Source: Pseudomonas aeruginosa
GTDB lineage: Bacteria; Pseudomonadota; Gammaproteobacteria; Pseudomonadales; Pseudomonadaceae
Reading direction: 5' to 3'
Assembly: GCF_001457615.1 (NCBI RefSeq)
Contig: NZ_LN831024.1
Coordinates: 1,230,001 to 1,262,000, forward strand
DNA: 32,000 nt
Each line of letters starts with the position of its first letter. Position 1 is the first letter of the stretch. Made by a program: the position numbers and the translations under genes. This document shows, one piece after another, positions 9,718-18,381 of the stretch. Under the pieces are notes generated by a model. That model did no database searches. It had not been told where the DNA came from and saw only the letters and a list, made by a program, of their open reading frames with translations.

Positions 9718-10113
9718 TCAGTCGAGGTCGAGCTGGCGGGTCTTCCAGAGTGCCGCCAGCAACAGCACGCAGAGCAGCGCCTCGGCGCCGAGCCAGAGGA
9801 AGGTGGTTAGCGCCGGCGAGGCGTCGATCAGCACACCGTAGAGACGCGCCGCGCCGCCGCTGGCGATCACCGCCAGGGCGGCGAGCAGGCCGAGCACCAG
9901 GTAGCGGGGGCGCAGGGCGGCATAGCCGAGCAGCAGGCCGATGCCGAAGCTGGTGCCGCCGTAGCTGGCGCGCAGGTCGGTGAGGGCGGCGGGGGTGAGC
10001 GGTTCGCCGCTGGTGAGCAGGGAGGCGAGCGGGCCGGGGAAGAAGACGAAGCCCAGGCCGAGGACCACGAACAGTGCCGAGCACAGCCAGAGCAGGCGAA
10101 GCGGGTGAGTCAT
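9718..10113 (-). CDS. DUF4345-like small membrane protein
   Basis: MTHPLRLLWLCSALFVVLGLGFVFFPGPLASLL...; hydrophobic, four predicted helices by eye; start chosen inside track ORF 9718..10146. Confidence 0.65.
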   Translation of the reverse strand: MTHPLRLLWLCSALFVVLGLGFVFFPGPLASLLTSGEPLTPAALTDLRASYGGTSFGIGLLLGYAALRPRYLVLGLLAALAVIASGGAARLYGVLIDASPALTTFLWLGAEALLCVLLLAALWKTRQLDLD

Positions 10114-10198
10114 GCGGTGTCTCCCTTGGTCATGAAAGGGGCGCATCGACGCGCCCCCTGTTCCTTCTGACCTCAGCCGGTGCCGCGTTGCTCACTTC

Positions 10199-11047
10199 TC
10201 AGGGCTGGAAGGCACCGATGAAGATTGCCGGGTCGACTCGCGCGTCGTTCAGGCTGACGTTCCAGTGCATGTGCGGTCCGGTGGCCCTGCCGGTGGCGCC
10301 GACCTTGCCGAGTACACCGCCGCGCGGCACCTGCTGGCCGAGCTTCACGTCGATCTTCGACAGGTGGCAGAACATGCTGATGAAGCCCTGGCCATGGTCG
10401 ACGAACACCGTCTTGCCATTGAAGAAGTAGTCGCCGATGAGGATCACCTTGCCGGCCGCTGGCGCCTTGATCGGCGTACCGGCCGGTACCGCGAAGTCTA
10501 GACCGGAATGCGGGTTGCGCTCTTCGCCGTTGAAGAAGCGGCGCAGGCCGAAGGGGCTGGAGAGCGGACCGTCGACCGGCTTGTCGAGCATCAGGTTGCT
10601 GGGCAGGCCGGGACTGAAGCGGCGGTAGGCGGCGGTCTGCTCGGCGAGTTCGCGTTCGATGCGCTTGAGGTCTTCCGGCAGCGGATTGACCTGGCGCTTG
10701 TTCTTCAGGGTGATGCGCTGCTCGCGGTAGTGCTTGCTGCCGACGCTGAAGCGTTCCTCGTGGTTGCCGGTCGCCGCTCGCACTTCCAGCTTCTGCGGGC
10801 CGGGCTTGGTGCTCAGCGGGATGCCGACCACGGCGATCCAGCGGCGGCCTTCCTCGCGCACCACCAGCACCGGCTTGCCCTGGTAGAAGGCCCGCGGCGG
10901 CGGGCCTTCCTCGCCGAGGTCGACCACCGCCACCCCGCCGGGCACCGGCTTGTTCAGCAGGCGCATGATGAAGCTGTCGGCCTGGGCGGGCAGGGCGCAG
11001 AAAGCGGCGAGCAACAGCGTGGAAACGAAGGCTAGGGTGCGGGGCAT
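10199..11047 (-). CDS. M23 family metallopeptidase (LytM-type), secreted
   Basis: Signal peptide MPRTLAFVSTLLLAAFCALPAQA; SPFGLRRFFNGEERNPHSGLDFAVPAGTPIKAPAAGKV... and GPHMHWNVSLN motif. Confidence 0.9.
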   Translation of the reverse strand: MPRTLAFVSTLLLAAFCALPAQADSFIMRLLNKPVPGGVAVVDLGEEGPPPRAFYQGKPVLVVREEGRRWIAVVGIPLSTKPGPQKLEVRAATGNHEERFSVGSKHYREQRITLKNKRQVNPLPEDLKRIERELAEQTAAYRRFSPGLPSNLMLDKPVDGPLSSPFGLRRFFNGEERNPHSGLDFAVPAGTPIKAPAAGKVILIGDYFFNGKTVFVDHGQGFISMFCHLSKIDVKLGQQVPRGGVLGKVGATGRATGPHMHWNVSLNDARVDPAIFIGAFQP

Positions 11048-11218
11048 CGGCTTCTCGACTCGTCGGGCGTCAAAGCCGTCTATGCTGGCGGAAGAGCGCG
11101 GCGGGGGAAAGCCCGCAAGGGTTGCAAACGTTTTCACCTGCGGCACTCTGTCGCGCCCGGCGTTTTTACTTTTGCCCCGCGCTCAGGCATAAAGGGCCCA
11201 TTCTCCGGAGAACCGACG

Positions 11219-11608
11219 ATGCCCCTGTCCCGGCGCCCCGTGGCCTGGCTGGCCAGCCTGGCCGTGCTGATGAACCTGTTCGTGGTGCCGCTTTCGCAGG
11301 CGCTGACGACGCAGGAGCGCGCCTCGTTGCTGCTCGGTGGCTTCTGCAGCACCTCGTCCGATTCGCTGCTGCGCCTGAAGCTGGGTGCCGCGCTCAAGGA
11401 CATCGATCTTCCCGACGACCACGAGAGCCTGGCCCCGCACCTCTGCTGCTGCGCCGGCGCCGCCGGCACGCCCGGACTGGTCGCCTCCTGGCCGGCATTG
11501 CCGCTGGCGCCGCTGGCCAGCCCTGCCCGTAACGCCTTCTCCGCCACCGACCTGCCTCCCCTGCGCTATTGGCGCCTCGCCAATCCGCGCGCCTCTCCTG
11601 TCGCCTGA
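11219..11608 (+). CDS. DUF2946-like small exported protein with Cys-rich segment
   Basis: MPLSRRPVAWLASLAVLMNLFVVPLSQALT...HLCCCAGAAG; TCTCCGGAG upstream. Confidence 0.65.
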   Translation: MPLSRRPVAWLASLAVLMNLFVVPLSQALTTQERASLLLGGFCSTSSDSLLRLKLGAALKDIDLPDDHESLAPHLCCCAGAAGTPGLVASWPALPLAPLASPARNAFSATDLPPLRYWRLANPRASPVA

Positions 11609-11737
11609 CTCCTCCCCCGCGCCTTCGACAACCTGGACCTTCGGGTCGGGGCAGGTCGCGGCGCAATACCCTAGCTTCCCCCCTGGAATCGCCGGTCCGA
11701 CGGAAAAAGACCGGTCATACGCTACTGGAGAGTCACC

Positions 11738-12214
11738 ATGCGCACATCCTTCTTCGCTGCCGCGGCCCTGCTGGCCGTTTCCGCTTTCGCCCAGGCCCAC
11801 GAGTACAGCGCCGGCCAACTGCACATCGAGCATCCCTGGGCGCTGGCCCTGCCGCCGACCTCGCCGAACGGCGCGGCCTACTTCGTGGTGCAGAACCATG
11901 GCAAGGAAAACGACACCCTGCTTGGCGCCGACACGCCGCGCGCGGCTTCCGCCGAGGTGCACGAGCATGTGCACAAGAACGGCATGATGAGCATGCAGAA
12001 AGTCGACAGCGTCGACGTCGCACCAGGCAAGGACCTGCGCTTCGCTCCCGGCGGCTACCACCTGATGCTGATGGGCCTGAAGCAGCCACTGGTGGCCGGC
12101 GAGCGCTTCCCGCTGACGCTGCATTTCCGCAAGGCCGGCGACGTGCCGGTGGAAATCGTCGTCGAGTCCAAGGCGCCGGCCGAACAGGGCGGGCACGAGC
12201 AGCACGGCCACTGA
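11738..12214 (+). CDS. Periplasmic copper chaperone PCu(A)C
   Basis: Signal peptide MRTSFFAAAALLAVSAFAQAHEYSAGQLHIEHPWA; HEHVHKNGMMSMQ...GGYHLMLMGLK motif; C-terminal GGHEQHGH. Confidence 0.9.
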   Translation: MRTSFFAAAALLAVSAFAQAHEYSAGQLHIEHPWALALPPTSPNGAAYFVVQNHGKENDTLLGADTPRAASAEVHEHVHKNGMMSMQKVDSVDVAPGKDLRFAPGGYHLMLMGLKQPLVAGERFPLTLHFRKAGDVPVEIVVESKAPAEQGGHEQHGH

Positions 12215-12270
12215 GCGCCGTGTCGAGCAGGGGCGCCCGGCGCCCCGCCTTTGCGTGCGAGGTTCAGAGC

Positions 12271-12843
12271 ATGAACAGCAACAGATATCCCTTGCCGGCG
12301 CAGACCGGCCTGGTGGTGGCTCCCGGCCTGCCGCCGAAGAACTCCACCCTGCGTCCGGACCAGCTCAACAAGCGCCTGAGCAGCGCCTGGCACCATCTCT
12401 ACGACCTTTGCCCGGAACTGCTGAAGATCGATCCGCCGGATGGCCTGACCATCCTCCGCGGTTTCCTGCAATGGGCGGCCGAGCAGAAGGCCGCCTGGAA
12501 CTGGGCGATGCACCTGCGCCTGTACTGCTGGCTGTTGCAGTCGCCGTTCGGCGCCAAGGTGACCGACGAGCATCTGGAGGTGCTGATGGACGCCTCCGCC
12601 GCGCGTTGGACGGTGGACGACACCAGCGCCAACCGCGGCATCCTCCTGGCCAGCCAGGGCGGTGCGCACATCACCCAGGACTGGAAGGCGCCGCAGGCCG
12701 GCGCCGGCACGCGTGTGCCGCTGGAGCGCCTGGACCTGCCGGCGCCGAACTGGACATTCGCCTATTGCGCGGTGCCCGATCCGCGGCTGCGCGAGTTCCC
12801 GGGCTGGAAGCCGTTGCCGGCGCGCGGCTCGCTGGTCGGCTGA
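12271..12843 (+). CDS. Hypothetical protein
   Basis: MNSNRYPLPAQTGLVVAPGLPPKNSTLRPDQLNKRLSSAWHHLYDLCPELLK...; located at the end of the track ORF 11569..12843, whose upstream part is an alternative frame over the PCu(A)C gene. Confidence 0.7.
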   Translation: MNSNRYPLPAQTGLVVAPGLPPKNSTLRPDQLNKRLSSAWHHLYDLCPELLKIDPPDGLTILRGFLQWAAEQKAAWNWAMHLRLYCWLLQSPFGAKVTDEHLEVLMDASAARWTVDDTSANRGILLASQGGAHITQDWKAPQAGAGTRVPLERLDLPAPNWTFAYCAVPDPRLREFPGWKPLPARGSLVG

Positions 12844-12878
12844 GCGCTCGCCGCCCCGCGTGGGGGGGCGGCGCCGTT

Positions 12879-13508
12879 TCAGCGGTTGGCCAGGGCTCGC
12901 TGGTTGGAGTCGTAGATGTTGTCGCGTTCCGGAACGTGCCGGCCGGCGAGGCTTTCCAGCCACTCCTCGGTGCTGAGCACGGCGGCGAAGGAGGACTGCA
13001 GGACGATGCCGAAGATCCGGTGGATCTCTTCCGCGCTGGCCTGGCCGGCGCGGTTGCGGTAGGGCACCGAGCCGCTGGCGTCGTGCAGGTATTCCACCTG
13101 CCAGCCTTCGTGGATCGCCTGGCGGATGGTCGAGTCGTCGCAGTGCTGGGTCATGTAGCCGACCACGGCGAGGGTGTCGATGTCGCGCTCGCGCAGCCAG
13201 TCGGCCAGCCCGGTGCCGACGAAGGAACTGGCCAGTTGCTTTTCCACCTTGTGCTGGTAGGGCCGCGAGGCGACCACCTCGTGCAGCTCGGCCTGCCGGC
13301 TGCCGCGCGCGAACAACGGCGAGTCCGCCGGTGCCAGGTGCTGCACCACGACGATCGGGATGCCCGCCGCGTGGGCGGCATCCATGGCGGCGCCGATGCG
13401 TTCCAGCGACGATTGGATGGCGGGAAATTCGATACGCAGGTTGCCGCTGACGTATTCGTTCTGTACGTCGATGACCAGCAAGGCGCGTTTGGGTTGACGT
13501 GCGGGCAT
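12879..13508 (-). CDS. Cysteine hydrolase, isochorismatase family
   Basis: KRALLVIDVQNEYVSG..., IPIVVVQHLAP, VVGYMTQHCDDSTIRQA; start ATG at 13508 preceded by AGGAGG. Confidence 0.88.
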   Translation of the reverse strand: MPARQPKRALLVIDVQNEYVSGNLRIEFPAIQSSLERIGAAMDAAHAAGIPIVVVQHLAPADSPLFARGSRQAELHEVVASRPYQHKVEKQLASSFVGTGLADWLRERDIDTLAVVGYMTQHCDDSTIRQAIHEGWQVEYLHDASGSVPYRNRAGQASAEEIHRIFGIVLQSSFAAVLSTEEWLESLAGRHVPERDNIYDSNQRALANR

Positions 13509-13628
13509 GGCGTTTCCTCCTGAGTGGGTGAGGCAGATTCTGGTCCCGGCGCGGCGTAGCGAGTGAGTGGCCTGAGAGACAACTTTCGCTAGAATCGGGC
13601 CAACCCGCTCATACCCACCGAGGTGTGC

Positions 13629-14582
13629 ATGTCCCGCCAGTCCGTGGCCGTGGTGGCCTTCGACCGCATCAGTCCGTTCCACCTGTCGGTGCCCTGCCTG
13701 GTGTTCGGCCAGGAGTGCTACGACCCCTGCGCGCAGGCCTTCGACCTGCGTGTCTGCACCGCCGAGCCGGGCCGGCTGCGAACCACGGTGGGGTTCACCA
13801 TCGAGGCCGAGGCCGGGCTGGAAGCGCTGGCCGAGGCGCAGACCGTGATCGTGCCGAGCTGGCGCGATCCACACGAGCGTCCGCCACAAGCGCTGCTGGA
13901 TGCGTTGATCGCGGCCCGTGCACGCGGTGCGCAACTGGTGGGCTTGTGCCTGGGGGCCTTCGTGCTGGCCGAGGCCGGGTTGCTCGACGGTCGCCGCGCC
14001 ACCACCCACTGGATGTGGGCGGAGGATTTCGCCGGGCGCTTCCCTGCGGTGCGGGTGGAGCCCGACGTGCTGTACATCGAGGACGACGGCCTGCTGACCT
14101 CGGCAGGCACCGTCGCCGGCATCGACTGCTGTCTGCACCTGGTCCGCCAGCGGCTCGGTGCGCAGACTACCAATCACCTGGCCCGGCGCCTGGTGGTGGC
14201 GCCGCATCGACAGGGCGGCCAGGCCCAGTTCATCGAGCAGCCGCTGCCGGACAGTGCCCAGGACGGCCGTCTCGGCGAGCTGCTGGTGTGGCTGCGGCAG
14301 AACCTCGACCAGGCGCACAGCCTGGACAGCCTGGCACAGCGGGTGCTGATGAGCCGGCGGACCTTCACCCGGCATTTCCGCCAGCTCACCGGCACCACCG
14401 TCAGCCAGTGGCTGCAGGCCGAACGCCTGGCCCTGGCCCAGCGCCTGCTGGAAACCACCGAGCATTCGGTGCAGGCGATCGCCGGGCTGGCCGGCTTCGG
14501 TTCGGCGGTGTCGTTGCGCCAGCAGTTCTCCGCCGCGTTCGGCCTGCCGCCGCTGGGCTACCGGCGCGCCTTCGCCTCCTAG
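13629..14582 (+). CDS. GlxA family transcriptional regulator (DJ-1/PfpI-like N-terminus, AraC HTH C-terminus)
   Basis: LVGLCLGAFVLAEAGLLDGRRATTHW...LLTSAGTVAGIDCCLHLV; MSRRTFTRHFRQLTGTTVSQWLQAERLALAQRLLE. Confidence 0.92.
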   Translation: MSRQSVAVVAFDRISPFHLSVPCLVFGQECYDPCAQAFDLRVCTAEPGRLRTTVGFTIEAEAGLEALAEAQTVIVPSWRDPHERPPQALLDALIAARARGAQLVGLCLGAFVLAEAGLLDGRRATTHWMWAEDFAGRFPAVRVEPDVLYIEDDGLLTSAGTVAGIDCCLHLVRQRLGAQTTNHLARRLVVAPHRQGGQAQFIEQPLPDSAQDGRLGELLVWLRQNLDQAHSLDSLAQRVLMSRRTFTRHFRQLTGTTVSQWLQAERLALAQRLLETTEHSVQAIAGLAGFGSAVSLRQQFSAAFGLPPLGYRRAFAS

Positions 14583-15340
14583 TCCGCCGGAGGGCGCTTC
14601 TGCAACTGCTGGCGCCAGAGCGCGTCCATCGCCTGCAACTGCACCGGGCCGAACAGCGCCTGCGTCGCGCCGGTGTGCCAGGCCCAGAGCTGGTCGCCGA
14701 AATCGTAGTGCCACCATTCGCTGGGCAGGTTGCTGAAACCGGCGTCGAGCATCGCGTGATAGAGCAGGCGACGGTGATCGCGGACGCGTCGCTGGCGCGT
14801 GTCGGGCTCCGCCAGGCGTTCGAAGTAGGCGGTGTAGGAGGCCGGAACGGCTTCGTCGAAGGCGCTGCCCATGTCCAGCCAGCGGCCCTGGGCGTCGCAC
14901 AGGGTGACGTCCACCGCGCCGCCGGTGAGATGCGGGCTGGGCGCCTCGCGGCTGCTGCTCGGCGGCGAGACGAACTGGCGGGTGAGCCGTTCCAGCTCGG
15001 CCTCGCCGGCCCGTGGGTAGTGCGCGGCCAGGGCGCTGGACAGGCTGTCGTAGAGATACTGCTGCACGGCGAACGGCCGCCAGGCGTCCAGCACCACCAG
15101 GCGCACGCCGCCGGGGAGGGCGGCGGCGACCCGCAGGAGACGCTCGAAGACCTCGCCGCGAGCGTGGCACTCCGGGATCGCGTGAGGAATGCCGAGCTTG
15201 TGGTAGGCCGGCCAGACGCTGAACTCGCGGCTCAGCCCGAGCGCCTCCAGCGGCGTGCCGGCATCGACGATGGGGATGCCGGCCACGGCGTGCCAGTCGG
15301 GCTCCGGGAGAACGGGGATGGCTTGGGTGAAGTCGGTCAT
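14579..15340 (-). CDS. D-alanyl-D-alanine dipeptidase-like M15D peptidase (VanX/DdpX type)
   Basis: SPHLTGGAVDVTLCD (zinc ligand motif) and LPSEWWHYDFGDQLWAW; MVLDAWRPFAVQQYLY-type substrate motif. Confidence 0.88.
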   Translation of the reverse strand: MTDFTQAIPVLPEPDWHAVAGIPIVDAGTPLEALGLSREFSVWPAYHKLGIPHAIPECHARGEVFERLLRVAAALPGGVRLVVLDAWRPFAVQQYLYDSLSSALAAHYPRAGEAELERLTRQFVSPPSSSREAPSPHLTGGAVDVTLCDAQGRWLDMGSAFDEAVPASYTAYFERLAEPDTRQRRVRDHRRLLYHAMLDAGFSNLPSEWWHYDFGDQLWAWHTGATQALFGPVQLQAMDALWRQQLQKRPPAD

Positions 15341-15344
15341 GGCG

Positions 15345-16625
15345 TCAATTGAGCAGGCGTGGCAGCCACAGGGTCAGGGACGGGAACAGGATCAGCAGCG
15401 ACAGCACCCCCAGGGCCACGAGGATGAGCGGCCAGATACCCTTGAACATTTCCAGGATATCGAGGCGGCTGATGGTCGCCACGATGAACAGGCAGGCGCC
15501 CATTGGCGGGGTGATCAGGGCGATGGTGATGTTCAGGGTGAAGATCAGCCCCAGGTGCACCGGATCCACGCCGGCGGCCAGCGCCACCGGAGCGACTATC
15601 GGCGTCAGCAGCATCAGTACCGAGACTTCTTCCATGAGCATGCCGCAGACGAAGATCACTGCGCTGATGATGAACAGCATCAGGGTCGGCGAGTGGCCGA
15701 ACGGCTCCAGCAACTGGGCGAACTCGCTGGCGACCTGGGCGTAGTTGAGCAACCAGTTGACCACCGAAGCGGCGGCGATGATCACGTAGATGCTGGCGGT
15801 CAGGCGTACCGTCTCGCGCAGCGAGTTCCACAGCCCGACCAGGCTCAGTTGGCGCTGGAGCAGACCGACCAGCGCCACGTAGAGAGCGATCAAGGCGCCC
15901 GACTCGGTGGGCGTGACCAGTCCCAGGACGATTCCGGCGACGATGATCACCGGCGCGATCAGCGCGGTCAGGGCGCCGGACAGCGCCGCCAGGATCTCGC
16001 CCCAGGCCGGCGCCGCATGGCGCGCCTGCAGCCCGTTGCGGTAGGCGTACACCGCGTTCAGCAGCATGAAGGCGGCGGCCAGCAGCAGGCCGGGAATCAC
16101 CCCGGCGAGGAACAGCTCGCCCACCGAGGTGTTGGTCAGCGAGGAATAGAGGATCATGAAGATGCTCGGCGGGATGATCGGACCGATCAGCGAGCTGCCT
16201 GCGGTCAGCCCGGCGGCGAAGCGCCGCGAGTAGCCTTCCTTTTCCATGGCCGGCACCAGCAGGGTGCTGAGTGCCGAAGCGTCGGCCGCGGCGGACCCGT
16301 TGACCCCGGCGAAGAACACCCCGGCGACCACGTTGACGTGGCCGAGGCCGCCGCGGAAGTGGCCGACCAGGGCGTTGGCCAGGCGCATCAGGCGCGGGGT
16401 CATGCCGGAATGGTTCATCAGGTTGCCGGCCAGCACGAACAGCGGGATCGCCATCAGCGAGAAGATGTCCATGCCGCCGAAGAAGCGCTGCGGCAGGGTG
16501 TTGGCGAACAGCGCCGGGTCGACGAAGAGGAACCCCACCAGCGCGGTGAGCAGCAGGCAGAGGAACAGCGGCAGGCCGAGCAGGAGGTTGACCACGAAGG
16601 CTGCGATCATGGCGATGGCCATCAT
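15345..16625 (-). CDS. TRAP transporter large permease (DctM family)
   Basis: MMAIAMIAAFVVNLLLGLPLFLCLLLTALVGFLFVDP...MDIFSLMAIPLFVLAGNLMNHSG...NVVAGVFFAGVNGSAAADASAL; 426 aa; GGGAGGG upstream. Confidence 0.93.
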   Translation of the reverse strand: MMAIAMIAAFVVNLLLGLPLFLCLLLTALVGFLFVDPALFANTLPQRFFGGMDIFSLMAIPLFVLAGNLMNHSGMTPRLMRLANALVGHFRGGLGHVNVVAGVFFAGVNGSAAADASALSTLLVPAMEKEGYSRRFAAGLTAGSSLIGPIIPPSIFMILYSSLTNTSVGELFLAGVIPGLLLAAAFMLLNAVYAYRNGLQARHAAPAWGEILAALSGALTALIAPVIIVAGIVLGLVTPTESGALIALYVALVGLLQRQLSLVGLWNSLRETVRLTASIYVIIAAASVVNWLLNYAQVASEFAQLLEPFGHSPTLMLFIISAVIFVCGMLMEEVSVLMLLTPIVAPVALAAGVDPVHLGLIFTLNITIALITPPMGACLFIVATISRLDILEMFKGIWPLILVALGVLSLLILFPSLTLWLPRLLN

Positions 16626-17116
16626 GCCTGCGACCCTCCCTCGACGGTGGTGCTGGCCGGCTGCCGCGGCCAGGGCCCCTGGAGCAACAGCATGAGGGTC
16701 AGCAGGCCGAAGCCGAGCGGCAGGCTGAGCAACGGCCAGGTGCGGCTGATGCCCAGGCCGAGGCTGCGGAAGCGCCCGGCGTTCAGCGCGTAGCGGGTGC
16801 TGACCCAGGCGGCGAAGGCGAAGAAGGCCAGCGCCAGCAGCCACTGGTAGAGCCTGAGGGCCTGCGCCAGGCGCGGCGGCAGGCGTTGTTCCAACAGGTT
16901 GACGCGCATGTGCCCGCCTTCCATCCATACCGCGCCGAGCGCCAGCATTACTGCGCCGATGATGAGGTAGCGGGCCAGTTCGTCCATCCAGATCGGCGAG
17001 CTGCCGAGCAGGTAGCGGGCGAACACGCCGTAGATGAGCAGGACCAGGTCAAGCAGCAACAGCAGCGTGGCGAGGTTCAGCAACGCGGCGCGCATGCCCT
17101 TGAGCAATGACGGCAT
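16622..17116 (-). CDS. TRAP transporter small permease (DctQ family)
   Basis: MPSLLKGMRAALLNLATLLLLLDLVLLIYGVFARYLLGSSPIWMDELARYLIIGAVMLALGAVWMEGGHMRV; overlaps the DctM start by 4 bp. Confidence 0.92.
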   Translation of the reverse strand: MPSLLKGMRAALLNLATLLLLLDLVLLIYGVFARYLLGSSPIWMDELARYLIIGAVMLALGAVWMEGGHMRVNLLEQRLPPRLAQALRLYQWLLALAFFAFAAWVSTRYALNAGRFRSLGLGISRTWPLLSLPLGFGLLTLMLLLQGPWPRQPASTTVEGGSQA

Positions 17117-17189
17117 GGGAGGCACTCCGGAAAGTCGGACAGGCGCGCCCGGCCGACGGCAGCGGCCGTCGGGGGGCAACGCGCGAAGG

Positions 17190-18230
17190 TCAGGGGGCGG
17201 TGGCGAGACCGGCGTCGCGGAAGGCCATCTCGGTCCAGCGCGGCTCGATGTCCTGGGTCTTCAGCCAGGCCAGGTAGGACGGCTGGCCTTTCTCGCGGAA
17301 GGCGGCGAGGTCATCGGCGGACGGCTGGATGATCTGCATGCCCTTTTCCTTGAGGAACGCGAGGTCGCGCTCCTGCTGGGCAGCGACCGCCTCGCGGTTC
17401 AGCCGGGTGGCTTCGGCGGCGGCGTCGAGCAGGGCCTGGCGCTCCTTTGCCGGGAGGCTGGCGAGCAGATCGCCGTTGGCCACCAGGAACTGGTCGGAGT
17501 ACTGGATGTTGGCCAGGGTCAGGTACTTCTGCACCTGGTAGAGGCTGCCGAGGATGATGTAGGAGGTCGGGTTCATCTGGCCGTCGGCGACGCCGGTGCG
17601 CAGGCCCATGTACAACTCGGTCCAGGGGATCGGCGTGCCGGAGGCGCCGAAGGCTTCGTAGAGCGCCACCTGGCTGGGATCCATGGCGCGGAAGCGCAGG
17701 CCCTGGAAGTCCGCCGGGCCGTGGATCGGCTTCTTGCCGTTGGTGAAGTTGAGGAAGCCGCCTTCCTCGACCACCGCCAGCAGCTCGGTGCCGGTGCGCT
17801 CGCGGAAGGCCTCGCGGGCGGCCTGCCAGTAGCTGCCGCTGTCGAAGAAGGCGTGGGCCGCGGCGGCGTCCTTGAACATGAAGGGCGTGGCGCTGACGTA
17901 GATCTCCGGGAACAGCGGGGCGATCCCGGCGAAGGAGGCGATGTTCAGGCCGGGGCCGGTCATCACCTGTTCCATGCGCTGCTCCTCTTCGCCGAGCATG
18001 CTGTTGGGGTAGAGCTTGAACTGCAGTTCGCCGCCGCTCTTTTCCTCGGCCAGGCGCTTGAGGTTGCTGGCGAACAGGTGCACCAGGTTCTTCTCGCTGT
18101 CGGCGGCGCCGTTATAGCTCAGGTTGAGGGTGGTGGCGGCCTGGGCGAGGCTGCCGCCCAGGCCCAGGGCGGCGGCCAGCAGTCCGGCGGCGAAGCGGCG
18201 GGCGAGGCCGTGGCGCGGATTCGTGTGCAT
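17190..18230 (-). CDS. TRAP transporter substrate-binding protein (DctP family)
   Basis: Signal peptide ...FAAGLLAAALGLGGSLAQA; LAEEKSGGELQFKLYPNSMLGEEEQRMEQV; DFQGLRFRAMDPSQVALYEAFGASGTPIPWTELYMGLRTGVADGQMNP. Confidence 0.93.
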   Translation of the reverse strand: MHTNPRHGLARRFAAGLLAAALGLGGSLAQAATTLNLSYNGAADSEKNLVHLFASNLKRLAEEKSGGELQFKLYPNSMLGEEEQRMEQVMTGPGLNIASFAGIAPLFPEIYVSATPFMFKDAAAAHAFFDSGSYWQAAREAFRERTGTELLAVVEEGGFLNFTNGKKPIHGPADFQGLRFRAMDPSQVALYEAFGASGTPIPWTELYMGLRTGVADGQMNPTSYIILGSLYQVQKYLTLANIQYSDQFLVANGDLLASLPAKERQALLDAAAEATRLNREAVAAQQERDLAFLKEKGMQIIQPSADDLAAFREKGQPSYLAWLKTQDIEPRWTEMAFRDAGLATAP

Positions 18231-18381
18231 GTTGTTTTCCTTATGGCAGTCCGAACGGTCGGGGGATCGGCGGCACTTCTTGTCGGGGCGCGGGGCCGGG
18301 TGCTCGCACGAAAGCGAAGCAACGCTAGCCGTTGTCTCGTTGACTATTCAAGTCCGGACGTGATGCGAAAAAGACAACGCC

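Noticed and set aside
8858-10084. 408-aa - strand ORF overlapping the PepSY gene and the DUF4345-like gene
   Set aside because: Low-complexity Arg/Pro/Ala sequence, overlapping two better-supported CDSs in other frames.
11569-12270. Upstream extension of the 424-aa track ORF ending at 12843
   Set aside because: It runs out of frame over the well-supported PCu(A)C gene; a natural start ATG for the downstream protein lies at 12271.
13509-15170. N-terminal 500+ residues of the 763-aa - strand ORF
   Set aside because: Antisense to the GlxA-type regulator and overlapping the dipeptidase; only 12879..13508 has isochorismatase-family sequence.
13625-15352. 575-aa + strand ORF
   Set aside because: Alternative frame over the regulator and antisense to the VanX-like gene, with no recognisable domain.
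15255-16793. 512-aa + strand ORF rich in Gln/Asp/His
   Set aside because: Mirror frame of the DctM gene; its composition is what antisense of a hydrophobic membrane protein gives.
18330-18379. Inverted repeat CGTTGTCT...AGACAACG near the 3' end of the LysR gene
   Set aside because: Only 8 bp arms separated by 34 nt in an intergenic region; could be a regulator site but is close to chance level.
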